DNA of 64,000 nucleotides from Pseudomonas sp. (GTDB lineage Bacteria > Pseudomonadota > Gammaproteobacteria > Pseudomonadales > Pseudomonadaceae). The translations under genes and the position numbers were made by a program. Below the pieces are notes generated by a model. That model had not been told where the DNA came from and searched no databases. It worked only from the letters and a program-made list of their open reading frames with translations. Location of the stretch: NCBI GenBank assembly GCA_041621735.1, contig JBFKAF010000001.1, positions 19,074-83,073 of the forward strand, written 5' to 3'. Shown here piece by piece: positions 1 through 10,201 of this stretch; the first letter of the stretch is position 1, and each line of letters opens with the position of its first letter.

Positions 1-2015
1 ATCAGCGGCACCAACGCCACAACCACCGCACGCCAACTGCGGAAGGTGATAAAGCACAGCAGTGCGACGGCGCCATAGAGCACGAAGTGCAGGGTCCAGA
101 AACTGCGTTTGACCACAATATTGGTGGTGGCCTCGATCCCCGCGCTACCCGCCGCCAACATGAACTGCCGATTCGACGTATTGAATTCGGCGCCATAGGC
201 CTCCACTTCCTCGACCACGCGGTCCAGCGTGGCCGCCTTGTGATCCTTCAGGTAGGCAACAATTGGCGTGATTCCACAGCTTCGGTCAGCGAGCTCCGGA
301 CGATCGGTGGAGAACATGTTGAATGCCTGGGTCCGGTTGCTGTCGTTGCGCGGGATGGTCATCCATTTCGGATTACCCTCGAACAGGCCGGAGCTCGCCA
401 GGCGTACACCATCTGCCGGCGAGAACGTCGTCTGCACCCCAGGAAGCTCGCGCAGACGTGCACTCAGGCGATCCGCCTCGGCCAGGGAGGCAAAGTTGGT
501 GCACTCCCCCAGCGGAGTCTTGAGCATGACCACAAACTGGTCAGTGGACAATCCGTAGTTCTGGCTGACGAACGCCACATCACGGTTATAGCGGGACTCT
601 GGACGCAGCTCGGGCGCGCCAGGGTTGAGATCACCGAACTTGACCTGTTGACCGACCGACAAACCGATGCCGGCCAGCACGAAGGCGACGCACAACGTCA
701 CAGTGGCACGCCGCCGCTCAGTCAGGCGAATCAGCCAATTACGCACGGTTTGCATCGGGCTACCGCCTGCCTCGAGCTGCGCAGCCGTACGCACGCTACG
801 CCTTGCCGCCGCCGGGCTGACACCGAAATAGGACAGCAGCACCGGAATCAGGAACAGCTTGGTGAAAATCAGGATGGCCACGCCCAGGCTGGTGGTCAGG
901 GCCATGTCACGGATCACCGGGATGTCGATGATCATCAGCACCGCGAAACCGACGATGTTCACCAGAAGCGCGGTCAGACCGGCCATGAACAGGCGCCGGA
1001 AGGTATAGCGGGCGGCAATGTACTTGTGCGTGCCGCGCCCCACGTCCTGCATGATGCCGTTCATTTTCTGCGCACCATGGGACAAACCGATGGCGAAAAT
1101 CAGGAAAGGCACCAGGATCGAATAGGGATCCAATACAAAACCCAGCACGCGGAGCAAGCCGAGCAGCCAAATGACCCCGAGCATGGCGCAGAACACCAGC
1201 AACAGAGTGCTGCGCAGGCAACGGGTATAGAACAGGACCAGCGCACTGGCGATCAGCACCGAGAAGGCGAAATAGGCCATCACGTCATAGAGACCATCGA
1301 TCATGTCGCCCACCAGCTTGGCGAAACCGATGATGTGGATCTTGATCTGCTCGCTCTGCAGGGCGCGCACCTGGCTCTCCAACTGCTTGGAGAACTCGGC
1401 GTAGTCCAATGGTTTGCCGGTTTCCGGGTTGATGTCCAGCAGTGGTACGAAAATCATCGAGGAGCGCAGATTGTTCGCCACATAACTGCCAACGATGCCC
1501 GCCTTATTGATGTTTTCCCGCAGGAGGCTGGTCGACTCCGGACTCCCGTCCCAGCGGTCTGGGATCATCGGACCGCCGCGGTAGCCTTCCTCGGTCACCT
1601 CGGTCCAGCGCAGACTGCTGGTCCACAGTCCACGCATCCAGCCCTGGTCAACGCCTGGGATGAGGAACACCGCGTCATTGACCTGCTGCAGCGCCAGCAG
1701 ATAATCCTTGTCGAAGATATCGCCCTGAGTGTTCTCGACCACAATGCGGGTCGAATTGCCCATGCCACGCAAGGCGGCACGATGCTTGAAGTAGTTCTGA
1801 ATATAGGGGTGGGACTGCGGAATCATATTCTCGAAGCTGGTATTCACCGGCAGCTTGAGCGCGTTCCAGCCGAAGAACAGAGTCAACAACGCGCACAGCA
1901 GTATGACCGCGACGCGATGATTGAACACCAGACGCTCCAGCCAGTTCCCGCTTGCTCGGTCGAACTGCCGAAGATCCGAAATGACAGGCATGTCGAGTGC
2001 GTTTGAAAAAGCCAT
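1..2015 (-). CDS. RND/MMPL-family transporter permease (partial, 3' end runs off window)
   Basis: Absent from the ORF track (no stop in window). ATG at 2015 with GAGGCG RBS reads MAFSNALDMPVISDLRQFDRASGNWLERLVFNHR...SFENMIPQSHPYI; still in frame at the window edge (LCFITFRSWRAVVVALVPL). Usual position after DUF1302/DUF1329/YCF48. Confidence 0.9.
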   Translation of the reverse strand, partial: MAFSNALDMPVISDLRQFDRASGNWLERLVFNHRVAVILLCALLTLFFGWNALKLPVNTSFENMIPQSHPYIQNYFKHRAALRGMGNSTRIVVENTQGDIFDKDYLLALQQVNDAVFLIPGVDQGWMRGLWTSSLRWTEVTEEGYRGGPMIPDRWDGSPESTSLLRENINKAGIVGSYVANNLRSSMIFVPLLDINPETGKPLDYAEFSKQLESQVRALQSEQIKIHIIGFAKLVGDMIDGLYDVMAYFAFSVLIASALVLFYTRCLRSTLLLVFCAMLGVIWLLGLLRVLGFVLDPYSILVPFLIFAIGLSHGAQKMNGIMQDVGRGTHKYIAARYTFRRLFMAGLTALLVNIVGFAVLMIIDIPVIRDMALTTSLGVAILIFTKLFLIPVLLSYFGVSPAAARRSVRTAAQLEAGGSPMQTVRNWLIRLTERRRATVTLCVAFVLAGIGLSVGQQVKFGDLNPGAPELRPESRYNRDVAFVSQNYGLSTDQFVVMLKTPLGECTNFASLAEADRLSARLRELPGVQTTFSPADGVRLASSGLFEGNPKWMTIPRNDSNRTQAFNMFSTDRPELADRSCGITPIVAYLKDHKAATLDRVVEEVEAYGAEFNTSNRQFMLAAGSAGIEATTNIVVKRSFWTLHFVLYGAVALLCFITFRSWRAVVVALVPL

Positions 2016-2050
2016 ATGCGCCTCTAATTATTCTAAATGACGGCTGATAT

Positions 2051-3115
2051 CTACTTCAGGCTGACGGGCCGCGCGCCGGAATAACCGACCGTGACCGCCT
2101 TGCCGCCCGGCAGCAGGGCAAGGCTGGAATAACGCCCGGGGCGAGACGTGATTACGGGTTTGAACTCATCAATGTGTACGTCGCTGATACTGACCCGGCC
2201 ATCCACGCTGACGAGCAGGAAGCGTCCGTCCGGCAGTGCCTGGACGTCACTCAGTGCCACGGCTATGCCGGTCTGTATGGGCGACCAGGACACGCCCTGA
2301 TCCAGCGACTTGTACGCAGTACCGCGCAGGCCCGCGGCGACCACCGCCGCCGGGGTAACCTCGATGCCAAAAAAACTGCCGGCGTAACCGGTCTCGACCG
2401 GATTAAAGCGAGCACTTGCCTTGTCGAAGCGAAAGACCAGGCCACGTTCAGAGGCGATAAATATCTCGTCGCCGGCACCGGCGATCGCCATGTAGTGCAG
2501 AAACTCCGGGTTATCCACCCGCTCCATCCAGGACTCCCACGTTTTGCCGCCATCGCGGGTAGCCAGCAGCGTGCCGAAGGTACCGGCAACGAAGCCGTGC
2601 TGATCATCACTGAACCAGACGTCCATCAATGCCTGCTCCGGGCCATCCTTGTAGTTCAGCTTGACTCCGTCGAGGTAGGCTGCGGCGGTCTGGTTCCCGG
2701 CAGCGGCATGCTGGGTGAAATGCGTAACCAACTGCAACGCGGCCTGACGGCCATCGAACTGTTTGATCCAGCTTTGGCCCTGGTCGGCACTGTGCAACAC
2801 CACGCCGTCGTGGCCGACGGCCCAGCCTTGCAGCTTCGAAGGGAAATACACGCCGAGCAAATCCGAGGAAACCGGCGACTCGACTTGGCTCCAGCTCGCC
2901 CCGGCATCATCCGACAGCACGATCAGGCCCCTGGCACCGACCGCGACGATACGTTCGCCGGCCGCCGCCACCGCATTGAGGTGGGCGCCAACCGGTTTGC
3001 GCACCGAGCTTGCCGGTCGATCCAGCGGATCGAGGAACTTACTAGCCTCGCCCGCGTACGCCGACAGGCCATATGACAGGAGCAACATCAAGATCAGTTT
3101 AGGTAGAGCAGTCAT
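2051..3115 (-). CDS. YCF48-related BNR/Asp-box beta-propeller protein, secreted
   Basis: Signal peptide; repeated Asp-box motifs SDDAGASW, SADQGQSW, TRDGGKTW, SLDQGVSW. Confidence 0.9.
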   Translation of the reverse strand: MTALPKLILMLLLSYGLSAYAGEASKFLDPLDRPASSVRKPVGAHLNAVAAAGERIVAVGARGLIVLSDDAGASWSQVESPVSSDLLGVYFPSKLQGWAVGHDGVVLHSADQGQSWIKQFDGRQAALQLVTHFTQHAAAGNQTAAAYLDGVKLNYKDGPEQALMDVWFSDDQHGFVAGTFGTLLATRDGGKTWESWMERVDNPEFLHYMAIAGAGDEIFIASERGLVFRFDKASARFNPVETGYAGSFFGIEVTPAAVVAAGLRGTAYKSLDQGVSWSPIQTGIAVALSDVQALPDGRFLLVSVDGRVSISDVHIDEFKPVITSRPGRYSSLALLPGGKAVTVGYSGARPVSLK

Positions 3116-3168
3116 TTCATCCTCGCAGCTTCACAGGAGCGCTCTGCATTCAATCCATGAACAGTCAG

Positions 3169-3190
3169 AAAAAAGGGGGATTCCTCCCCC
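3169..3190 (-). terminator. Intra-operon rho-independent terminator-like hairpin
   Basis: Minus strand reads GGGGGA-GGAA-TCCCCC-TTTTTT, about 30 nt after the DUF1329 stop. Confidence 0.7.
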
Positions 3191-3221
3191 AAAACGCTCA
3201 AACTTGCGCAGAGTAAGGTGC

Positions 3222-4601
3222 TCAGCGCACTCCGGAACCCGCCAACGAACCAGAGGAGAAGTAGTTGGCCGGGTAAGGATCGACCTGGTAGAACCCGGTC
3301 ATCTTCGGCGCCCCCATCAGCGAACCATTGCCGTATACACCCTTGGTCATGTCATACAGCACGTACTGACCGTTGCGGTAGCCCGGCTTCTCGTATTGCT
3401 GAAGCGATGGCTGGTACATCAGGTGGTGCACCTTGCCGGCCTGATCCAGTGAGTGGTAGACGAGAATGCTCCAGCTATCTTCGTCCAGCAGAAAGCGCTT
3501 GACCTTCTGCACATGACGCTCACCCGACTTCAGGGTCGCCTCGACTTCCCAGACCCGGTGCAGTTCCCAGCGCAAGACATCTGGATTGAGGTGCTTGGGC
3601 GTATTGGCCACGTCCGGATCGGTGCTCCAGGCCTTGTATGTGTTGTAGGGCACAAACATTTCCTTGCGACCCACCAGCTTGAAGTCGAACTTGTCCATCT
3701 TGCCGTCGAAGCCATTGATCTCATCGAACAACAGGATTCCGCCGCTGGAGGTACTGACGGTGTCGTACTTGAACTCGGGCGCGAGACGCACGCGACGCTG
3801 CCCCGGCACATACGACCAGGCCATGGAGTCACGATCCTGGGTATTCAGGAAGTTGAAGCGCATCTGCTTGACCCCAGCCGACGCCGAAGGCTGACTGGTG
3901 GACGCGATCAGCGCCCAGTACGGCTGGTTGTCCGGCACCTTGTCCAGGCTATTGTCCCAGTACAGGTTGCGGTTCTCGATCTTCTGCACGCTGCTCAGGG
4001 TAACGCCGCCAGAACTGTCCACCAGGTAGGCGGCTTGAGTGCCTTCGGAGTACGGCAACTCATACTTGACGTTAGCGTTCCACATGGCCTCGTAGCCGTT
4101 CTGCGGAATAGGGAAGGGAACCTGCGCATGTGCGCCCTCCAGACCGGGACCGTCGCCGACCAGTTTCGGGTTCTTCACCCGCTGGATGGTATTGTCGTAG
4201 ACCCATTGCGGGTAGCAGGCCGTACGATGGGTTGGGTAGACATCCACTCGGAAACTGTCCGGATACCGCTTGAACAGATCCTGGGTGCCCGCGTCCAGCT
4301 TGTCCTGGTATTGCGCCAGGTTGGCCGCGGTAATGCTGAACAGCGGCTTCTCGCTGGCGAAGGGGTCGACATAGGGCGAGCCACCCTTGGTGCCCATAAT
4401 CGGGCTGTAGCCCGCTGGTGCCGTGCACAGGCCACCATCCCATGCCGAAATGGTGCCATCGGCGTTGCCGGCCTTGACCGCCCCCAGGGGCGTCAGGCTG
4501 TTGCCCAGCTGGCTGATCTCTTCATCGCTAGGTGCGGCAACGGCGTGGCCAGCGAGCAATACGCCAGCGGCTCCCAACATCAGTATCTTCTTGTAATTCA
4601 T
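3222..4601 (-). CDS. DUF1329 family protein (AupB-like periplasmic lipid shuttle)
   Basis: Signal peptide; family motifs LTPLGAVKAGNADGTI, PFPIPQNG, YVPGQRRVRLAP, RWELHRVWEVEATLK. Confidence 0.9.
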   Translation of the reverse strand: MNYKKILMLGAAGVLLAGHAVAAPSDEEISQLGNSLTPLGAVKAGNADGTISAWDGGLCTAPAGYSPIMGTKGGSPYVDPFASEKPLFSITAANLAQYQDKLDAGTQDLFKRYPDSFRVDVYPTHRTACYPQWVYDNTIQRVKNPKLVGDGPGLEGAHAQVPFPIPQNGYEAMWNANVKYELPYSEGTQAAYLVDSSGGVTLSSVQKIENRNLYWDNSLDKVPDNQPYWALIASTSQPSASAGVKQMRFNFLNTQDRDSMAWSYVPGQRRVRLAPEFKYDTVSTSSGGILLFDEINGFDGKMDKFDFKLVGRKEMFVPYNTYKAWSTDPDVANTPKHLNPDVLRWELHRVWEVEATLKSGERHVQKVKRFLLDEDSWSILVYHSLDQAGKVHHLMYQPSLQQYEKPGYRNGQYVLYDMTKGVYGNGSLMGAPKMTGFYQVDPYPANYFSSGSLAGSGVR

Positions 4602-4640
4602 TGACTATTCCCTCACATCGGGCAGGAAAACGGGACCGGA

Positions 4641-6368
4641 CTAGAAAGTCGTCTTGTAGCTCAAGGACAACCAGCCATGGTTGTTCTGCACGGCCGAGCC
4701 ATTGGTGTGATCGCTCGTCACGTAACCCCGTGCCGGATTGACGTCATAGTCGGCGTAGGAGTCGATCCATTTAAGGGTGACGTTATGCACTTGGCGGTAC
4801 TTGCCGCTGATGCCGACCGAATAGGTGTAGGCATCTTCGTTCGGGCCACCCAGGGTTGGGCTGTTGCCGTCCAGACCGTAGGCCAGGCTGACCGGCATGG
4901 ACACGTCCCAGCCCGGGAACAGTTGCGGCCACTCTGGAGTGAAGCCGACCTGCATCCCTATGGAGTCCTTGGTTGCGCAGCTCTGCTTGAAGGCGGTGAC
5001 GCAGGCGTGGTCACGATCGTTGAAGCGCGCAGCGTTCTCGGTGATCTTGTCCAGGCGGTTGTACGACAGTTCAGCCTGCAAGGTGCCGCCGTCCCACAGC
5101 GGCGTCTTCGGCAGCAAGTAGATGCCGTTGACCAGGGCATGCCAGGTATTACCTCGCGCGCCTTCCGCCTCTTCATAGGTAGCCGCAGCGTTGCTCGCTG
5201 GCAACACAGTAAAACCAGACACAGAGTTCAGAGCGGTGTTCTTGCGGTAGGACAGCTCTCCCGCGACGCTGACGGTGCCGATGTTCTTGGTCAGACTAAA
5301 ACCATACAGTTCGGTATCGCGAGCGTAGTTCAGGCGAATAGCGTTAGGTAACGCGCGGAACACACCTGGCGCGACCTGAGCCACGCCCAGCTGAGTGAAG
5401 CTCCACGGCAGCTTCTCGTCGAACTTGCGGTAGTAAAGACCGGCCGTACCTTCCAGCCAGTACGGACTCCAACGTAGGCTGAGACCGAAGTCGCCACGAT
5501 CGTCCGGCTCCAGATCGTCCCCATTGGGAATCCGGAACCCCGCCGCAGCGGTGTTACCCAGGTCGGAACGCGAACCGTCGGCAGGTGAGAAGTAGGTACC
5601 TCCCGGCACCAGGCGGAAGGGCTTCCAGTCCAGCAGATACTGCGCGGCGAACGACAACTCGTCGGTCAGCTGGATCTGGGTGGAGACCTGCTTGAGCGGG
5701 AGAAACAGCTCCTTGGCCTCGGCGCCCGGACTGGTCGCCGCCTTGATGGTATCCACTGGACCTTGGGAGTAGGCAATGCTGTTACCAATGGAGAACAGCG
5801 ACTCGCCCCAGTAGACGTTGTGCTGACCGGCCTTGATGTTAACGCTCACGTCACCCAGCTGGAAGCCGGTGAAGGCGAAGGCGTCGAGGACCTCCCCGGA
5901 CAGACCGGCTATATAGCGATCCGCATAGGAATTGTAGTGATCATTGGTGTAGTTGCCGCTCCCGACGAGCTGGTCATTCGGCTCGGGGTTGCCCTGGTAG
6001 ACATCGTCATACCAGGCGGCGGCGCTGACGCGAAAGCCATGTTTCTGCAGCCAGATCACATCGAGTTCGGACAGCATATCTACACGGTTGGTCACCATGT
6101 CGCCACGGTCGAACTTGTTCTCGGTGTCATCGTAGAAAGGCGAACGATTGAAATCGTCGTTCTGTCCTTCCATCCGCCAGCCCGCGTTATAACGGATGGT
6201 GTTGTCCCAGCGGACATCGAGGTCGGGATTACCGGTTTCGATGGGCATGGCCTGCACGCAGGCAGTTCCCGTCGCGCCGAGAATCAACGCGATCGAGCAG
6301 GACAGCTTTGAAACGCTTAGGTGACCAGCAACGCGACCGCGTGCACTAGTTGTTTTTGTTCTTTTCAC
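4641..6368 (-). CDS. DUF1302 family outer-membrane beta-barrel (AupA-like)
   Basis: Signal peptide; IETGNPDLDVRWDNT, GQHNVYWGES, PGAEAKELFLP; C-terminal Phe (SYKTTF). Confidence 0.9.
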   Translation of the reverse strand: MKRTKTTSARGRVAGHLSVSKLSCSIALILGATGTACVQAMPIETGNPDLDVRWDNTIRYNAGWRMEGQNDDFNRSPFYDDTENKFDRGDMVTNRVDMLSELDVIWLQKHGFRVSAAAWYDDVYQGNPEPNDQLVGSGNYTNDHYNSYADRYIAGLSGEVLDAFAFTGFQLGDVSVNIKAGQHNVYWGESLFSIGNSIAYSQGPVDTIKAATSPGAEAKELFLPLKQVSTQIQLTDELSFAAQYLLDWKPFRLVPGGTYFSPADGSRSDLGNTAAAGFRIPNGDDLEPDDRGDFGLSLRWSPYWLEGTAGLYYRKFDEKLPWSFTQLGVAQVAPGVFRALPNAIRLNYARDTELYGFSLTKNIGTVSVAGELSYRKNTALNSVSGFTVLPASNAAATYEEAEGARGNTWHALVNGIYLLPKTPLWDGGTLQAELSYNRLDKITENAARFNDRDHACVTAFKQSCATKDSIGMQVGFTPEWPQLFPGWDVSMPVSLAYGLDGNSPTLGGPNEDAYTYSVGISGKYRQVHNVTLKWIDSYADYDVNPARGYVTSDHTNGSAVQNNHGWLSLSYKTTF

Positions 6369-6503
6369 TTGGCTGCCTCTCCGATTCAGATCGGTTTTAT
6401 TGGCGGTTTCACCGCCACCTTTACAAAGGTGTGCAGAGCATCGATCAGGAGCAAATGAACTAACTCACCGGAAATAACCCACCGGCCAGAACTCCCCCCA
6501 ACA

Positions 6504-6522
6504 AGCTAACACACAGTCAGCT
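6504..6522. promoter_or_regulatory. Cluster-wide 19-bp palindromic operator, copy 1 (upstream of DUF1302 operon)
   Basis: AGCTAAC-ACACA-GTCAGCT. Confidence 0.7.
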
Positions 6523-6824
6523 ATTCGCAAGCCCCCTCCAGGAAAAATTGCCTGTTCAAAATATTCTTTCTACTCTTTGGCTAATCCCTGTGGGTGATCG
6601 GCGACCAGATCATAGTAGGCAGCCATCACCCCTGACCGGTGTGCACTGATGCTTACTGGCACCTTAGTAAGTCCAGCAAAGCTGGACGCCGGAGAACGTA
6701 CCGCCGTTGCGCGCAGCTTCCCAGGCATCCCCCCCTCGCACAAACCTAAAGACCCACCGAACCACCACAGCCCCGGCGACTAGCCCTTCTAGTTTAACTG
6801 TGACAGCTCTATCATTAACCATAT

Positions 6825-6843
6825 AACTGATATATTGTCAGCT
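6825..6843. promoter_or_regulatory. Cluster-wide operator, copy 2 (upstream of OYE/ACAD operon)
   Basis: AACTGAT-ATATT-GTCAGCT. Confidence 0.75.
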
Positions 6844-6933
6844 ATATGTCAGCATCAGCGTCCTGAGTGACGGCAACCAACATATATCCGCCCACGAGGC
6901 CACCGACCAAGATCGGACAACCAGGAGGCACGC

Positions 6934-8952
6934 ATGCCCAACGCTCCCTACCCCAACCTGTTCAGGGACATCACCCTGCGTAACCTACGCATCCCCAACC
7001 GTACGGTTATGGCGCCCATGTCGACCAATCTGGGTAGCCTGGACGGTTACGTAACCCCTGAACAGATTGCCTTCTACCGCGAGCGCGCCAGCGGCGGCAC
7101 CGGCATGATCATCGTCGAGTTCTGTTGCGTGGATGCGGCAACCGGTCGCTCGGAGCACCGTCAACTGACGCTGGAGTCGCTGGCCCAGGTGGCCGGTCAC
7201 CAACGTCTGGTGGAAGCCATTACCTCGGCTGGCTCGGTAGCCTGTCTGCAGTTGCAGCATGGCGGCCAGGGCGCCAAACGCGACATCGTGGCAGGCGGCC
7301 AAGCCTTGGCGCCCAGCGACGTCCCATCGCGCTCGCACTCTGATCGCCTGATGGCCCGCGCCCTGCTCGACGATGAGATCGAACACCTGATCGAGTCCTT
7401 TGGTCGTGCCGCAGAGCTGGGGGTACAGGCCGGTTACCAAGCCTTCGAGCTGCACGGTGCCCATGGCTACCTGCTGACCTCATTTCTCTCGCCCTACTCC
7501 AACCATCGGACCGACGACTGGGGCGGCGACGAAGAGCGGCGCCTGAATTTCCCGCGCCGGGTGATCCAGCGCGTACGCCAGAGCATTGGCGACCGCCCGC
7601 TGATCTACCGCCTCTCCGCCGATGAGTTCACCCCCGACGGTCTCGCCATCGAGGATATGGAACGGATTGCGCCGAAACTGGTGGCGGCCGGCGTGGATGC
7701 GTTACACGTCTCGATCGGCCTGGGCTGGACCAGCTTTGACAAGGTGATCGAACCAATGTCCACCCCGGAGGGCTGGCGCCTACCCTATTCTCGGCGCATA
7801 AAAGCAGTAGTCGATGTACCGGTGATCAGCGTCGGCCAGATACGCTGGCCGGAAACTGCCGAGCGCGCGATTCGCGAAGGTGACGCCGACATGATCGCCC
7901 TCGGCCGCCCCTTGTTGGCCGACCCCGCCTGGGCCGCCAAGGCTCACGACGGCAAGGCCGAGCACATCCGCCCCTGTACCTCCTGCAATTACTGCGTGGC
8001 CATCAGCTCTGCCCCCAATGGCGCCATTGGTTGTGCCGAGAACCCGCGCACCGGCCACGAGCTGGACCAGCTACTCGATGCCGGCGAGCGCCGTGGACAA
8101 CGCGCCCTGGTGATCGGCGGCGGCCCCGGTGGCATGGCCGCCGCGCTGATGCTGCAGCAAGCCGGCTTCGCCACCGAGCTGCATGAAAGCCGGGACAGCC
8201 TCGGCGGCGGCCTGGTGGCCTCTGCGGCGCCCCCCTTCAAGGAGAAGCTGACCTGGTACCAGAACTACCTGTGCCGCCAGCTCGAACTCAGCGCGGTGAC
8301 CGTACACCTGAACAGCCCGCTCGACGTGACGACCCTGCATGCCGACAATCGCCCGGCGCTGGTGCTGCTGGCCACTGGAGGACGGCCGATTCGCCTGCCG
8401 ATCGACGGCATCGATAGCAGCGTGGTACTGGATGCCTACGAACTGCTGATGGGCAGCTGGGAGTCCCTGCCCCCCCCCGACGCCGAACTGCCCGTCATGG
8501 TATTCGGCGGTGGTGAGACTGGTTGCGAGACGGCCGAATTGCTGGCCGAGCATGGATACCAAGTACTGCTGGTGAGCCGCTCGACAGCCTCCAAGCTCGC
8601 CCGTTCCGCGGAAATGATCTACCGCGGAGTGCTGAAAAAACGCCTGTTGGAAAACTCACGCATCCGCATCATCGACAACAGCGACATCCTGCGTATCGAA
8701 GACAACGGCCTGGTGCACCTGCAAACCAAGGACGGCGAGCGCAGCGAACTGCGCACCAGTCGCGTGTTGATTGCCCAGGGCCGTCGACCGGACGACACCT
8801 TGCTGCGCAGCCTGGCGCAGGCCGCCATTCCCTTCGCCGCCATCGGTGATGCCCGTCAAGGAGGACGTATCGGCGATGCGGTGCATGACGCTTACCGCGC
8901 GGTGCAGACCCTGTGCGCCAGCAGCGTCGAACTGCATCAGCTGGCCTGCTGA
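6934..8952 (+). CDS. NADH:flavin oxidoreductase, OYE TIM barrel plus 4Fe-4S/FAD domain (2,4-dienoyl-CoA reductase/BaiCD-like)
   Basis: MAPM, ELHGAHGYLL..FLSP, CTSCNYC...C iron-sulfur motif, IGGGPGG dinucleotide fold; AGGAGG RBS. Confidence 0.9.
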   Translation: MPNAPYPNLFRDITLRNLRIPNRTVMAPMSTNLGSLDGYVTPEQIAFYRERASGGTGMIIVEFCCVDAATGRSEHRQLTLESLAQVAGHQRLVEAITSAGSVACLQLQHGGQGAKRDIVAGGQALAPSDVPSRSHSDRLMARALLDDEIEHLIESFGRAAELGVQAGYQAFELHGAHGYLLTSFLSPYSNHRTDDWGGDEERRLNFPRRVIQRVRQSIGDRPLIYRLSADEFTPDGLAIEDMERIAPKLVAAGVDALHVSIGLGWTSFDKVIEPMSTPEGWRLPYSRRIKAVVDVPVISVGQIRWPETAERAIREGDADMIALGRPLLADPAWAAKAHDGKAEHIRPCTSCNYCVAISSAPNGAIGCAENPRTGHELDQLLDAGERRGQRALVIGGGPGGMAAALMLQQAGFATELHESRDSLGGGLVASAAPPFKEKLTWYQNYLCRQLELSAVTVHLNSPLDVTTLHADNRPALVLLATGGRPIRLPIDGIDSSVVLDAYELLMGSWESLPPPDAELPVMVFGGGETGCETAELLAEHGYQVLLVSRSTASKLARSAEMIYRGVLKKRLLENSRIRIIDNSDILRIEDNGLVHLQTKDGERSELRTSRVLIAQGRRPDDTLLRSLAQAAIPFAAIGDARQGGRIGDAVHDAYRAVQTLCASSVELHQLAC

Positions 8953-8996
8953 ACCGGCCTACGATCACAAACAGGAAACTGTCGAAGGAAATTGCC

Positions 8997-10199
8997 ATGC
9001 ACTTGAACCTCTCCCCCGAAGACCAAGCCTTCCGCGACGACGTCCGCGCCTTCCTCAAGGCCTCTCTTTCACCCGACGTAATCCGTCGAAGCCGTACCGG
9101 CATGCACCCACCGAATGAAGACGACCGCCGCACTTGGAACCGTGTGCTGTACGACAAGGGTTGGGCGGCGCCGCATTGGCCGGTGGAGTACGGCGGCACA
9201 GGCTGGACGCACCTGCAGACCCACATTTTCGAGCACGAATGCCGCATGGCCGGCGCGCCAGAATTGCGCTGGCAGGGCCTGCGTCTGCTCGCCCCGGTGC
9301 TCTATACCTTCGGTTCGCCTGAACTCAAGGCGCGTTACCTGCCGCCTATCCTCAAAGGCGAAGAAATGTGGGCACAAGGGTTCTCCGAACCCGGTGCGGG
9401 TTCCGACCTTGCGGCGCTGAAAACCTCAGCGGTACTCGATGGCGATCACTACATCGTCAATGGCCAGAAGCTCTGGACCACTGAGGGTCAATACTGCGAG
9501 CAAGGGTTCTTTCTGGTCCGCACCGAATCCAGCGACAGGCCTCAGCGCGGTATCTCGATGATGATCATCGACATGAACTCGCCTGGTGTGACCGTACGCC
9601 AGATCACCATGATCAACGGCGAAGGCTCCACCTGCGAGGTGTTTCTCGACAATGTCCGTGTGCCCAAGGACAACCTGATCGGTGAGCCGGGTGCGGCCTG
9701 GAGCCAGGCCAAATTCCTGCTGTCCAACGAACGTACCTCCAGCGCCGACATCTATAAGGCGCGAGGCGATCTGGAGCGTATCCGCCTGATTGCCAGCGAG
9801 GAGCTGAAGGATGGCCAACCCCTGCTGGCCGATCCGCACTTCGCGCGCAAATTCGCCGCCCTGCGCCTGGACGTCGAGGCGCTGGAATGGTCAGTCCTGC
9901 GGGTGATGTACGAAGCGCCGAGCAGGCACCCAATCGGCGCCTGCGCCTCGGTCCTGAAAATTCGTGGTTCCTCGCTGCAGCAGCGTCTGACCGAGCTGAT
10001 GGTCGAAGCCTTAGGCCAGCGCAGTTTGCGCGTCTATCGACGAGATGAAGCCTACGCGCCGCCGAGCGACGACCCACTGTGGCCAGCCTATACACCGGGC
10101 GTAACCGTCGACCTCCTCTACCTCCGGGCCTGCACTATCTTCGGCGGCGCCATGGAAGTGCAAAAAAATATCATCGCCAAACTGGCGTTCGGGTTTTGA
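8997..10199 (+). CDS. Acyl-CoA dehydrogenase, large subunit of heteromeric type (PimC-like)
   Basis: WAQGFSEPGAGSDLA, NGQKLWT, LSNER, IFGGAMEVQKNII; start moved to ATG 8997 after AAGGAA. Confidence 0.88.
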   Translation: MHLNLSPEDQAFRDDVRAFLKASLSPDVIRRSRTGMHPPNEDDRRTWNRVLYDKGWAAPHWPVEYGGTGWTHLQTHIFEHECRMAGAPELRWQGLRLLAPVLYTFGSPELKARYLPPILKGEEMWAQGFSEPGAGSDLAALKTSAVLDGDHYIVNGQKLWTTEGQYCEQGFFLVRTESSDRPQRGISMMIIDMNSPGVTVRQITMINGEGSTCEVFLDNVRVPKDNLIGEPGAAWSQAKFLLSNERTSSADIYKARGDLERIRLIASEELKDGQPLLADPHFARKFAALRLDVEALEWSVLRVMYEAPSRHPIGACASVLKIRGSSLQQRLTELMVEALGQRSLRVYRRDEAYAPPSDDPLWPAYTPGVTVDLLYLRACTIFGGAMEVQKNIIAKLAFGF

Positions 10200-10201
10200 T
10201 C

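Noticed and set aside
87-2006. 639-aa plus-strand ORF and other long antisense ORFs (13307..15106, 16315..17634, 35427..36677, 61002..62204, 63308..63901)
   Set aside because: They mirror genes with clear family motifs on the opposite strand; shadow ORFs are expected with high-GC codon bias and these show no motifs.
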